Under the pieces are notes generated by a model. It searched no databases and was not told where the DNA came from. It saw only the letters and a program-made list of their open reading frames with translations. Positions 16,101-24,524 of a stretch of 28,238 bases of DNA are shown here, piece after piece (position 1 is the first letter of the stretch; each line of letters opens with the position of its first letter). Source of the DNA: a virus (lineage: Duplodnaviria > Caudoviricetes). A program made the translations under genes and the position numbers. The DNA is taken from IMG/VR virus record IMGVR_UViG_3300035200_000024, positions 1-28,238 of that record; one strand, written 5' to 3'.

Positions 16101-17256
16101 GGCCACAAAGGCGGTGCAGGCGCACGGCACGGCGATGGTCGCCGCCGCGCAGCACGCGCTGGAGATGGCGAAGATTCAGGGCGACACGCTGGAGATCGAG
16201 CGCGCCACGGTGGCTGTACGCGAAGCCGAAGCCACGGCAGCGCGGGAGCTGGCCGACGCGCTTGCAGCGGAGGCAGCGTCGGCGTGGAGCAACGTCGCGG
16301 CGATGAAGGAGAAGGCCGCTGCGGATGGGCTTGTGACGGAAGCCGAGAAGGAGATGACGCAGGCGGCCATGGATGCTGCCACGGCGCTGTCCCAGCAAGC
16401 AGACGCGGCGAAGCGAGCGTCAGAGAAGGCGGACGCGGCATCGAAGGCGGCGACCGACAAGCAAAACGAGGTCCGCACGGCCACGATTCAGTGGGACGCG
16501 CTGGCGGTCCAGTACGGGCTCGCGGCGAACGAAGGCGGCAAGCTGGCCGAGACGCAGGGCAAGATCTGGGCCGGGATGCAGAAGGTGTACTCGACCGGCT
16601 TCGGCGGGCTGGACGGCTACATCGACGCGATCAACGCCGCGGCGGAGCGGGCAGGGCAGTTCGTTCACGCAATGCACAACGTCGAAAATGCTGCGCGTGG
16701 TGGCGACGCATCGCTTGGCCAGTACATCCGGTCCCTTCAGCGAGCGATCCAGATCGGCAGCATCATGGGCGAGGAAGAAATGCGCCCGCTGCGCGACGCG
16801 CTGAAAGACGCGAAAGAGCGGATGCGCGGGTTGCAGGAGTCTGCGCGAGACACGCTCAACAGCTTGCGCGACGAGCTGGACGAGATGCACAAGAACTACG
16901 ACGAGATCGAGAAGCGGCGGTACGCGGAGCGCAGGGCCGAGCTTCAAGCGCAGATCGCCATCGCCAAGTCCGCCGGCAACAACGCCGCCGTGGCCGACCT
17001 CCAGCGAGCGCTGGCGCTGCTGGATCAGGTGTCGAAGGAGCGCATCAAGGAAGCCGCCGCACGCGAGCGCGACGACAAGCGTTCTCTGAAGGGCGAGGCC
17101 GGGATTGCCGCCGAGGCAGCAACCGACCGCATCGTGACGAAGGTCGTGGACATCAACATCAAGGTGGGCGAGGACACCGGCACCGCTCAGGTTGTTGAGG
17201 GCGGCGAGGAGGTCATTGTGGACATGCTGCGCAAAGCGCAGATGGTGGCGAGCTGA
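13105..17256 (+). CDS. Tail tape measure protein (TP901-like core domain)
   Basis: 1383 aa, Ala-rich and helical. IEFEESLAKV, ELAALAAQGARFG and KVFGREYADD; recurring LGL[DK] motifs in the C-terminal half. Confidence 0.93.
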   Translation: MASTNEVAIKIKVDKADAETNVRAFQAAFTKFLVSIGKTPEEVIGFYHLFAEIKNGTKSINDLEGATKALMQEFKIGFKMAEGADFLGISRAEKLNALLASCQQRFGAAGAAGKKAGADTGNAFRDAAQQATTLKEKAEQIAAAFNEVKGAVAGTVAATVALQQAVKRSIEFEESLAKVQAIAQTSEAKLEELGRGLVALSNHTGESTRELAALAAQGARFGFPVEKLEEFTRLAAMMAQTFNLSNDEVAQSLGALRNQYNLTIPELEGFANEIFAVGKAVGASAGDIFNVVNRVSAATKQFGLSRQETLALTASLLSMGVTAGLADNNINAFLLRLRDVGNATGDAADALYSVGIKARDLGKDIREHPQQALLNFMETMRELPKTARADVLGKVFGREYADDAERMINALDRYKKGLTAVGEEAQNSGALMAAHGARMETTAQQFERISQTITNLQKSIGDTFLPVVRPTADAIADMGEALSNFAENHPEITAIATALATLATIAGGVKTALWGIETVGRIAFPAAAAGAAGLAERLAGATAAARLLGTVLTGSLKLALGGWMAWDFGKYLYENIEGVRRLAGFMIEQLVRGASDVEYAWDLAWAAFTDDTAEGALKRYEERTRQLDETFRRMYEGIKEGTYKGKQSMSELADEQEKAAKEAEKAREKERKAEEERQKEAEKRRRDLQDLREDMQKLGLDAEVFTTGMTRAEREVVDAFERMSASGQASADAIMAGFKSGLEKVSTSALPAMELAIHDAFSRNKISADQLDTALALIARRAKDISQDMHAVNEASKALGLDASIALGGMSEKAEEAARALELLIEKQLVTKNNFQQVFDAALKAADSTAAVDRLRGALELLRKQFPELAPQIEKAMTLLKQKADEVTPGINSVTEAMEKLGLKSESSLKLAAQNAREMYEKVRAMGGTIEDQRQAWLKYAEAAITANRGAASMTVKAEAAALGLKRELNELVEANRKAKGSTDALRDSWKAKADVMARATKAVQAHGTAMVAAAQHALEMAKIQGDTLEIERATVAVREAEATAARELADALAAEAASAWSNVAAMKEKAAADGLVTEAEKEMTQAAMDAATALSQQADAAKRASEKADAASKAATDKQNEVRTATIQWDALAVQYGLAANEGGKLAETQGKIWAGMQKVYSTGFGGLDGYIDAINAAAERAGQFVHAMHNVENAARGGDASLGQYIRSLQRAIQIGSIMGEEEMRPLRDALKDAKERMRGLQESARDTLNSLRDELDEMHKNYDEIEKRRYAERRAELQAQIAIAKSAGNNAAVADLQRALALLDQVSKERIKEAAARERDDKRSLKGEAGIAAEAATDRIVTKVVDINIKVGEDTGTAQVVEGGEEVIVDMLRKAQMVAS

Positions 17257-17672
17257 TGGCGACGACACTCAGCGATGGCGTGACGACGATCACCCTGCCA
17301 GACGACATGGTGTGGGAGGACGAGCATGACTACCACCCGGTCGAGCAGGCGGTGGACTACACGCTGACCGGCGCGATCCTCGTCCACACGGCCATTCGGC
17401 AGGCGGGCAGGCCGATCACGCTCGTGGGCGAGGAGGATCACTCGTGGGTGACGCGGGCGACGGTAGACGCGCTCAAGGCGTATGCCGACGTGGCGCCAGA
17501 CCCCGAGACGGGTGACGGCGTCTACCAGCTCACCTTGCGCGGCACGACCCGCGATGTGGTGTTCCGCCACCACGATGGCGAGCCGATGAAGTCCGCGATC
17601 ATTCTCTACAAGGGCAAGGCGCCCGTGTCGTCTGACTGGTATCAGATCAAGCTCAAGTTCATGGAGGTCTAG
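17256..17672 (+). CDS. Tail-tip protein (distal tail/Dit-like position)
   Basis: TGATG overlap with the tape measure. LPDDMVWEDE...VEQAV.YTLTGAI...GRPITL. Confidence 0.75.
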   Translation: MATTLSDGVTTITLPDDMVWEDEHDYHPVEQAVDYTLTGAILVHTAIRQAGRPITLVGEEDHSWVTRATVDALKAYADVAPDPETGDGVYQLTLRGTTRDVVFRHHDGEPMKSAIILYKGKAPVSSDWYQIKLKFMEV

Positions 17673-17675
17673 GCC

Positions 17676-19559
17676 GTGCCTATCACCACTGCCGATGTGA
17701 AACTGCTCGCCAGCGAGCGCATGACCGACAACGACGACGGCGGCGGGATGGTGCGCGGCAATGTCGTCATTCAGGACGGCGTGAGCAACGCCATCTTCCC
17801 AGACATCAGCGAGCTTGACCGCACCTACGGGCGCGTCAATCTGCGCAAGGTGTTCGCCGCCGTGCAGACCGGCGACACCGACGTGTACTACGGAGCGCAC
17901 GTTATCCTTGAGGACGGGCCGGACGATCCACTGGTCAGCGCGTCGCTGTTCTCTACCGAGGATTGGTCGGACGAGCGCGTGTCTGCGGTGTCGCGGCTGG
18001 AGTCCTATCTGGCGCGTGGCGCCAAGGCCGCCTACTACTTGTGGGAGACGCACATCGCCGGGCAGATGGCGCTGGCGTGCCTCGCTCCGCTTGCCGAGCC
18101 CCTGCCGTCCGTCGGCACGACCATCGTGCTCGCGAGGAATCCCGGCCAGTCCACCGAGATGCTCCAGTACGTCCGCCTGACCTCGGTTGCATCCGAGGTG
18201 CGCGAGTTCACCTACATCAGCAGCTCGTCGTCATGGACATTCACGCGGCAGGTGTTCACGCTCAACATCAGCGACCCGCTGGAGTTCGATCTGGTTGGTG
18301 GCATCGCGAATCCGATGGACGATGCCAACCTGACGACCTCGCGCATCTACGACACCGTGGTGGCGGACGCGGCGCGGTACTTCGGCATTCGCCCGCTCAC
18401 CGTGGCGATGTCCAGCGGCGATCTGTCGTGTCAGGCCGACACGATCTATCACCCACTCGTGCCGTCTGCGCAGACCGAGATCCCGGTGGTCGATGCCAAG
18501 CCCAACGGCGACGCCATTCAGTTGACGGCTGCCCTGACGAGCACGGTTGTCGTGACGACCACGGTCGATTTCGACTCGACCCACGCGCTTTACGTCGGTC
18601 AGGCGATTATGCCCGGCACGCTGTCGATGACGACCGGCACCGGGGCCACGCTGACGGACGACAACGGCGTGCTGATGAGCGGAGCCACTCAGGTCGGATT
18701 GGTGGACTACGCCAACGGCTATCTCACGCTCTCGCCCGGCTCTCCAGACTACGGGCCGAACACGAAGAACATCACCTTCAAGCCCGGCGCTGCGCCGTCC
18801 CGCGCCGTGCAGTCAGCGGCATTCGATGTCACGACCGCCTCGCGCTCGCAGACCATCGTCACCTACCTCGACCCGATCCCGCAGCCGGGCACGCTGCGCG
18901 TGTCGTTCATGGCACAGGGCAAGTGGTACGTCTTGGCAGATGGCGGCGCTGGCAAGCTGAAGGGTGCGGACGCGAGCTTCGGTTCCGGCACCGTGTCGTT
19001 CGTCTCCGGGTCGGTCATCGTCACACTCGGGGCGCTGCCTGACGTTGGCTCCGCCGTGCTGTTCAACTGGGGTCTTGCGACCACTGACATTGTGCGCGCC
19101 GGCCACACCATCAAGGCGCAGAAGCGCATCCAGCTCGCGAACACCCCAGTGATGCGGAACTCGGTGACGATCACTTGGCCGAATGGCTCGGGCGGCTACT
19201 ACACCGCCAGTGACGACGGCGCCGGGCTGATCGACGGCGATGCTGTTGGCGCCATCGAGTACAGCAAGGGTCTGATCTACATCATCCCGAATGTGCTGCC
19301 GCCGGGCGGCGCAGAGATGGACATCGACTACAGCACAGGGCTTGGTGTTGAAGTCACATTCAACGATCCGGCGATTGACGGCAACGGGCGCATCACGGTG
19401 CCGCTGCCTGACACCAACATCCTGCCCGGCTCGGTCACATTGACGTGGGGCGTGAACATCGACGAGAACGCCTTCGACATCCATTACTCGTTCCCGTCAA
19501 GCGGGAGTTCTGGGGGCTGCCTTGGCTTCTCGGGCTTCCCGATGTCGCTCTGCTTCTAA
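17676..19559 (+). CDS. Large tail-tip/baseplate protein, N-terminal part
   Basis: 627 aa. DVKLLASERMTD..DGGG and IFPDISELDRTYGRVNLRK; repeated beta units of the type D(D/N)G.G....G.(V/I)DY..G. Confidence 0.8.
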   Translation: MPITTADVKLLASERMTDNDDGGGMVRGNVVIQDGVSNAIFPDISELDRTYGRVNLRKVFAAVQTGDTDVYYGAHVILEDGPDDPLVSASLFSTEDWSDERVSAVSRLESYLARGAKAAYYLWETHIAGQMALACLAPLAEPLPSVGTTIVLARNPGQSTEMLQYVRLTSVASEVREFTYISSSSSWTFTRQVFTLNISDPLEFDLVGGIANPMDDANLTTSRIYDTVVADAARYFGIRPLTVAMSSGDLSCQADTIYHPLVPSAQTEIPVVDAKPNGDAIQLTAALTSTVVVTTTVDFDSTHALYVGQAIMPGTLSMTTGTGATLTDDNGVLMSGATQVGLVDYANGYLTLSPGSPDYGPNTKNITFKPGAAPSRAVQSAAFDVTTASRSQTIVTYLDPIPQPGTLRVSFMAQGKWYVLADGGAGKLKGADASFGSGTVSFVSGSVIVTLGALPDVGSAVLFNWGLATTDIVRAGHTIKAQKRIQLANTPVMRNSVTITWPNGSGGYYTASDDGAGLIDGDAVGAIEYSKGLIYIIPNVLPPGGAEMDIDYSTGLGVEVTFNDPAIDGNGRITVPLPDTNILPGSVTLTWGVNIDENAFDIHYSFPSSGSSGGCLGFSGFPMSLCF

Positions 19560-19571
19560 GGAGACGCTCAG

Positions 19572-21389
19572 ATGCCAGTCGTTTGGAGACAGGACAACGG
19601 GGTTGGCGGGTTCGAGGATGCCGTCGGCGTGCCTCACGCGCTCTACGCCAACATCAACTACACCACGGGCGCACTTTCATTCGATCCCCGTGTCACAGGT
19701 CTGTACCCGGTCGCGTCGTACAAGCAGACCAAGATCGGCAAGGCCAGCACCATCGACCTGTCGGTTGGCGGCGTAGACGTTACCGGCATGGAGCCGGATG
19801 CAACCGCCAACGTCTACCGCAACGTGCTGAAGGGCATCACCTACGAAGCTGCACCGTCCATGTTCCCGCTGGAAGGTGGCTGGGTGAAGGTGCGGTACGC
19901 CACATCCGACAGCGCGAACAGCCACACAGACACCGTGGTGTGGGACAAGCTCGCACTCGACGTGACTCCTGACTACGCGGAGCAAGTCGTCGGCGGCTCG
20001 CTACGGCTGTCATTCGGCGGCAAGGTGCTGCTCGACAGGCTCGGAACCATCGTCACCGACCTCAACCACTCGAACGGCGCCGCGACGGCTATCGGCCAGA
20101 TCGACTACGCGGCAGGCACGATGACTCTGAACACTTGGACTCCCGGCGCAGCGAACACCGGCACGGTCACGGCCATGCTGACGAACGTCTGTGGTCAGGC
20201 AGTGGACGTGGTGACGTTCCGTGTGCCGGCAGTGCCGGTGCGTCCGTCGAGCTTCATCATGCAGTTCACCTTGCTCGGAGAGGAGGGGATCAACACAGTC
20301 TCCGCCGACGCATCAGGCGAGATCACCGGCACGAACATCTACGGGACGATCAACTACCAGACCGGCGTGGTCAAGGTGTACTTCGGCGCGTGGGTCACGG
20401 CGGCCGGCAAGGAGGCGGAGTGGTGGTATCCCGAGGAGCCTGAAGCGGTCATCAACGGCAAGGTGTTCCAGCCGAAGATGGTCTACGCAGACCTCATCCG
20501 CTACGCCTGCGTCAGCTACAGCTACCTCCCGCTGGACGAGGACATTCTCGGCCTCAACCCGGTGCGCCTGCCCAGCGACGGGCGCGTGGTGATCTTCAAG
20601 CCGGGCGATGTTCTGGTCGTCCACAACACGCAGCACATCGTCGGCACCTACAACAACCAGAGCGTGAACCTCGGGCGCACTCGCGTGGCCCGCGTGCGCG
20701 TGTTCGACGCTGACGGCGTGGCCGTGGACCCGGCGAAGTGGACGGCGGACCTTGACGCAGGCACGGTGCAGATCGGCGACATGAGCGGCGTGGCCCAGCC
20801 CATCGACATCGAGCACCGCATCGAGGACATGGGCCTGTGCTCTGACGCGCAGATCAGCGGACTGCTGACCATGACGCGCCCGGTTACGCACACCTACCCG
20901 GTGCCCGGCTCGCACGTCTCCTCCGCGCTCATCATCGGCGACATGCAAGGGCGGTACACGAACCTGTTCGAGCAGTCGTCGTGGAGCGGCGCGTGGAGCG
21001 ACACGCCGACCAGCTCACCGACAGCGAGCTACAACGACCGGGATTTCCCCATCGGCGTGAGCAACGCTGGTGTGGTGCAGGAGCGGTGGGCGCTGATCTT
21101 CACCAGCCAGACGCAAGTTCGCGTGGTTGGTGAAACCGTCGGTCAGGTAGCGGAGGCGCAACCAATCGTCGCGCCAATCGCTCCGAACAACCCCGCGACT
21201 GGCGAGCCGTATTTCACGGTGCAGCCAGAGGGCTGGGGCACGGGCTGGGCGAGCGGCAACGTGCTGCGTTTCAACATCATCGCCAGCAACTTCCCGGTGT
21301 GGATCGCCCGCACGATCCAGCAGGGACCAGCCACGGAGGAGTCGGACTCCTTCTGCATTCAGATTCGCGGCGACATCGACAGGGTGTAA
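19572..21389 (+). CDS. Large tail-tip/baseplate protein, C-terminal part
   Basis: 605 aa with AAGGAG RBS, in the same frame as the previous gene. Continues the INY.TG/IDY..G repeats; LGLNPVRLPSDGRV and GWASGNVLRFN. Confidence 0.8.
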   Translation: MPVVWRQDNGVGGFEDAVGVPHALYANINYTTGALSFDPRVTGLYPVASYKQTKIGKASTIDLSVGGVDVTGMEPDATANVYRNVLKGITYEAAPSMFPLEGGWVKVRYATSDSANSHTDTVVWDKLALDVTPDYAEQVVGGSLRLSFGGKVLLDRLGTIVTDLNHSNGAATAIGQIDYAAGTMTLNTWTPGAANTGTVTAMLTNVCGQAVDVVTFRVPAVPVRPSSFIMQFTLLGEEGINTVSADASGEITGTNIYGTINYQTGVVKVYFGAWVTAAGKEAEWWYPEEPEAVINGKVFQPKMVYADLIRYACVSYSYLPLDEDILGLNPVRLPSDGRVVIFKPGDVLVVHNTQHIVGTYNNQSVNLGRTRVARVRVFDADGVAVDPAKWTADLDAGTVQIGDMSGVAQPIDIEHRIEDMGLCSDAQISGLLTMTRPVTHTYPVPGSHVSSALIIGDMQGRYTNLFEQSSWSGAWSDTPTSSPTASYNDRDFPIGVSNAGVVQERWALIFTSQTQVRVVGETVGQVAEAQPIVAPIAPNNPATGEPYFTVQPEGWGTGWASGNVLRFNIIASNFPVWIARTIQQGPATEESDSFCIQIRGDIDRV

Positions 21390-21392
21390 GAC

Positions 21393-22544
21393 ATGGCACT
21401 TAGCACGGCAGTAAAGTATTTCGATTCGGCCATGCAGGGTGCGCCCGGCATCGTTAATGCCGCCGGCGGACTTCTTTCGATACTGCGAGCCTGCTTGGTC
21501 AATGGGTTCAATCAGGTGACGCTTAACAGCCTGACCGTGTCGAACGGAATCGCAACAGCGTCTCGCGCTTTGGGAATGGCCTATCGCACGCTTCAAGTGA
21601 TTGAGATTTCTGGTGCAACTCCATCAGAACTGAATGGACAGAAGCGAATTCTTTCTGTAGGTGTCGGCTTTGTAACCTTCGATGCTTCTGGAGTGTCTGA
21701 CGGAGCGGCGACAGGAACGATCACTTGCAAGGTTGCTCCAGCCGGGTGGTCAGAGCCATTCACGTCTGGAAACATTGCGGTCTTTCGAGGCGCCAGCGGA
21801 GAAAGAAATTACTTCAGGGTCGACGACACCCCCGGCAGTGAATACGTTGTCGTCAAGGGTTACACGGGCATGTCTGATGCCAACACTGGTGATGGGCTGT
21901 ATCAGCCAGAGTCAGGCAACTATTACTGGATTCGCCCTTACCTTACCGGGGCTACATGGGCGATTGTCGCGGACGACCGCACGATGTACATGCTTTCCTA
22001 TGCGGCATCGTACAGCCAGTGGTACCAAGGGCTGCAGGCGATGGGCGAGCTGTACTCTTTCGTTCCGAATGATACAGGGAAGGGCTTCATTGCCGCCGCG
22101 AAAGGATCGCAAAACGGCTCGAACTCCGGCGCTCACCAGCGGACCACGTTGTTCTGTACTGCCGCATATAACTCAACGATCAAGCGACTTGGGGCTAGTC
22201 TTGTTTCCGGATCGTACATCCGCGCCATGCGTCAGGTGCAAGATCAGTCTGGCGGAGGTGGTCCCACATTTCCGTCAGCAGCAGATCAAGGGATGATGCT
22301 TTCTGACAACCTCATCGTTGACTACACCGTTAGCGGCGCACCGATTATCGCAAGGACCCCCGGCGCATTCTGGGTGCTAGCCGATGCGCCGTTCCAATCT
22401 GTTTGGACTCCGTGCCCCACGTTTGAAGGGGTCGGCGGGCTTGCTGGCAGACAGATGGCGATGCTTTCCTTTCTTGCGCCGAACAGCAACACCGCGCAAC
22501 GAGTCGCTGTCGATATTACCGGGCCGTGGGAGTACAACTCATGA
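21393..22544 (+). CDS. Putative tail fibre/receptor-binding protein 1
   Basis: 383 aa in the tail-tip region, lower GC. ACLVNGF, ISGATPSELNG, ATGTITCK and DITGPW. Confidence 0.7.
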   Translation: MALSTAVKYFDSAMQGAPGIVNAAGGLLSILRACLVNGFNQVTLNSLTVSNGIATASRALGMAYRTLQVIEISGATPSELNGQKRILSVGVGFVTFDASGVSDGAATGTITCKVAPAGWSEPFTSGNIAVFRGASGERNYFRVDDTPGSEYVVVKGYTGMSDANTGDGLYQPESGNYYWIRPYLTGATWAIVADDRTMYMLSYAASYSQWYQGLQAMGELYSFVPNDTGKGFIAAAKGSQNGSNSGAHQRTTLFCTAAYNSTIKRLGASLVSGSYIRAMRQVQDQSGGGGPTFPSAADQGMMLSDNLIVDYTVSGAPIIARTPGAFWVLADAPFQSVWTPCPTFEGVGGLAGRQMAMLSFLAPNSNTAQRVAVDITGPWEYNS

Positions 22545-23725
22545 GCACCCTTCCCGTTAAGTGGTACTCGCATCAGATGAATGGCGTGCCGACTGGTGGC
22601 GCGTCCTACTGGAGCAATGCTGGTTATGCCGCAGCATTGCTTGACGCCATTCTGGTTGATGGCTTCGGCCTCGTGACGCTGGACAGCGTTTCCGTCACTA
22701 ACAACGTGGCAACAGCGACCAGAACTTCCGGCATCACTTTTCTGCTCAATCAGGTCATCGAAATTGCAGGCGCAACTCCTTCGGCGCTGAATGGTCAGTG
22801 GCGCGTTGCAAGCATCGACCAAGGCAGCAAGACGTTCACGTTCGCAACGACAGGCATCAGCGACCAAACCGCCACCGGGACGATTACTTGCAAGACGCCA
22901 AGCCTTGATTGGGAGCGCGTCTATTCGTCAGGCAACAAGCGAGTGTATCGCTCAAAGAATGAGTTGAGCCCGCGCTCTTACTATCGCTTTGATGACAGCT
23001 CCACGTCGGTGAAGGGTGCTGCCATGACCGCTTATGAGTCGATGACAGACATCGACACCGGATACAACCAGTGGATCAACGCTGCCGCAGTCAGTAACGG
23101 ATATGTCGGCTTCCCGCGTTGGACTGACGGCGCTTGGGCTGCCTATGGGGACGACCGCACGTTCTACATGATTGGTCAGTTCAGAACGTCCACCGTCTAT
23201 CCCGCATTGATGTTCGCTATGGGGGATTACACTTCAATAAAACCCGGCGACCAGAAAAATGAATTTGCCGCTCACCTTCACTGCGCGGCAGACGGGGTAA
23301 CGGTTTACGGCAAAACCCTCTGGTCGTGGCAGTCGACTTACGACACAACCCACATGCCGTACTATGCCAGCCTTCACGATGATTCCTACGGCAACCTCGG
23401 GCACGTTCCTGTGGTTGCGCGCACCCACAATGATGCGTCTGGCTATCAGGGTCCGACGTTCCCATCAGTGGCTGACCACGGAATGTTTGTCACGGAGCAT
23501 TGGCTTCAAGAGAGGTCAAGCGGAACGCCTATTCGCGGCAAGATGCGTGGCTCTTATTGGGTGCTAGCGAATCAGCCCTTGAACCCTAGCTATCCTCCAA
23601 CCTTCATCCAAGGCGTCATCGGGCTTGAGGGGAAGCTCTGCGGACTCTGCGCTCGTCAGGACTACCTAAATTCCAACTGGCAATGGGGCAGAGTGCTGTT
23701 CGATCTGACGGGTCCGTGGGAGTGA
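22541..23725 (+). CDS. Putative tail fibre/receptor-binding protein 2 (paralogue of the previous gene)
   Basis: ATGA overlap. ILVDGF, IAGATPSALNG, ATGTITCK and DLTGPW. Confidence 0.7.
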   Translation: MSTLPVKWYSHQMNGVPTGGASYWSNAGYAAALLDAILVDGFGLVTLDSVSVTNNVATATRTSGITFLLNQVIEIAGATPSALNGQWRVASIDQGSKTFTFATTGISDQTATGTITCKTPSLDWERVYSSGNKRVYRSKNELSPRSYYRFDDSSTSVKGAAMTAYESMTDIDTGYNQWINAAAVSNGYVGFPRWTDGAWAAYGDDRTFYMIGQFRTSTVYPALMFAMGDYTSIKPGDQKNEFAAHLHCAADGVTVYGKTLWSWQSTYDTTHMPYYASLHDDSYGNLGHVPVVARTHNDASGYQGPTFPSVADHGMFVTEHWLQERSSGTPIRGKMRGSYWVLANQPLNPSYPPTFIQGVIGLEGKLCGLCARQDYLNSNWQWGRVLFDLTGPWE

Positions 23726-23728
23726 GTG

Positions 23729-24127
23729 ATGCCCGCACCGCAGTATTACCAGTATGTCCTTCCGATTCGGGTTCAAGGGCTCTATTCGTGGCATGGCCCG
23801 CAACTTCCTGTCATGCCAAAGCAGTTGCTCACGCTATACCGGCGTTCGCCATTTGCGGTTGAAGGGGCGGTGAACGGAATGGGGAAAATCGCTGGCATCG
23901 CAACCGTTCAGGGCGTGCCGTCGAAGTGTCGCGTCATCGTGCTGCATGGTCGCGGGCTTCGTCCGTATGGCGATGTGTATTCAGACCCGACGACAGGAAA
24001 GTACCGCGTTTATCCGTTGCCGAAGAACAGCAGATACGTCGTTCTCACTCGCGACGCGAGGCAGCGATTCGATGCGGTGATCCACGACGGGATACTGCCT
24101 GTTGATTGGGATGAGGAGGAGCCATGA
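23729..24127 (+). CDS. Small tail-associated protein with transthyretin/carboxypeptidase-regulatory-like beta fold
   Basis: GKIAGIATVQG.P....V.V...SDPTTGKY..Y.V...D....FDAVIHD. Start is 23726 (GTG) or 23729 (ATG). Confidence 0.65.
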   Translation: MPAPQYYQYVLPIRVQGLYSWHGPQLPVMPKQLLTLYRRSPFAVEGAVNGMGKIAGIATVQGVPSKCRVIVLHGRGLRPYGDVYSDPTTGKYRVYPLPKNSRYVVLTRDARQRFDAVIHDGILPVDWDEEEP

Positions 24128-24522
24128 CCATTGCTTATGCCACGGCACTGAAGCAGAGCCGGATGACTCAGGTGAAGAGCGCCATTGAAACCGGCACTGG
24201 AACGGCGTGCCTGAAAATCTACACCTCGCCGCGACCGGCGACCGGCGCTACCGCGACGGGTACGCTGCTCGACACGCACAACATCAACAACCCCTGCGGA
24301 ACGGTCGATAGCAATGGCGACCTCGTTCTCGATCTCGCGACTGAGTCGACAATCGTTGCAGATGGCGCTCCCTTTTGGGCGCGGTGCCTTGATCGTGATG
24401 GCGGATTCGTTGCCGATATGTCTGTCGGAATTCCTGCGAGCAACGCTGACGTTGAGATTGGCGCATCCATGCTTTACACGGGCGGCAAGCTCACTCCGAC
24501 ATCCGCAAAACTTCGTGACTAG
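24124..24522 (+). CDS. Hypothetical virion (tail-tip) protein
   Basis: GAGGAGG RBS and ATGA overlap. LKIYTSPRPA..GTLL and FWARCLD..G.FVAD. Confidence 0.75.
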   Translation: MTIAYATALKQSRMTQVKSAIETGTGTACLKIYTSPRPATGATATGTLLDTHNINNPCGTVDSNGDLVLDLATESTIVADGAPFWARCLDRDGGFVADMSVGIPASNADVEIGASMLYTGGKLTPTSAKLRD

Positions 24523-24524
24523 GC

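Noticed and set aside
775-17268. Many long minus-strand and off-frame ORFs in the track (e.g. 775-2520, 3680-4984, 13660-15171, 16071-17198)
   Set aside because: These are shadow ORFs of GC-rich, codon-biased + strand genes. They are Arg/Pro-rich, lack motifs and fully overlap well-supported phage genes.
21393-23725. Diversity-generating retroelement or invertible tail-fibre switch
   Set aside because: No reverse transcriptase or recombinase in the window, and no near-identical template/variable repeat pair with adenine-specific differences noticed. The paralogues are co-oriented and diverged throughout.
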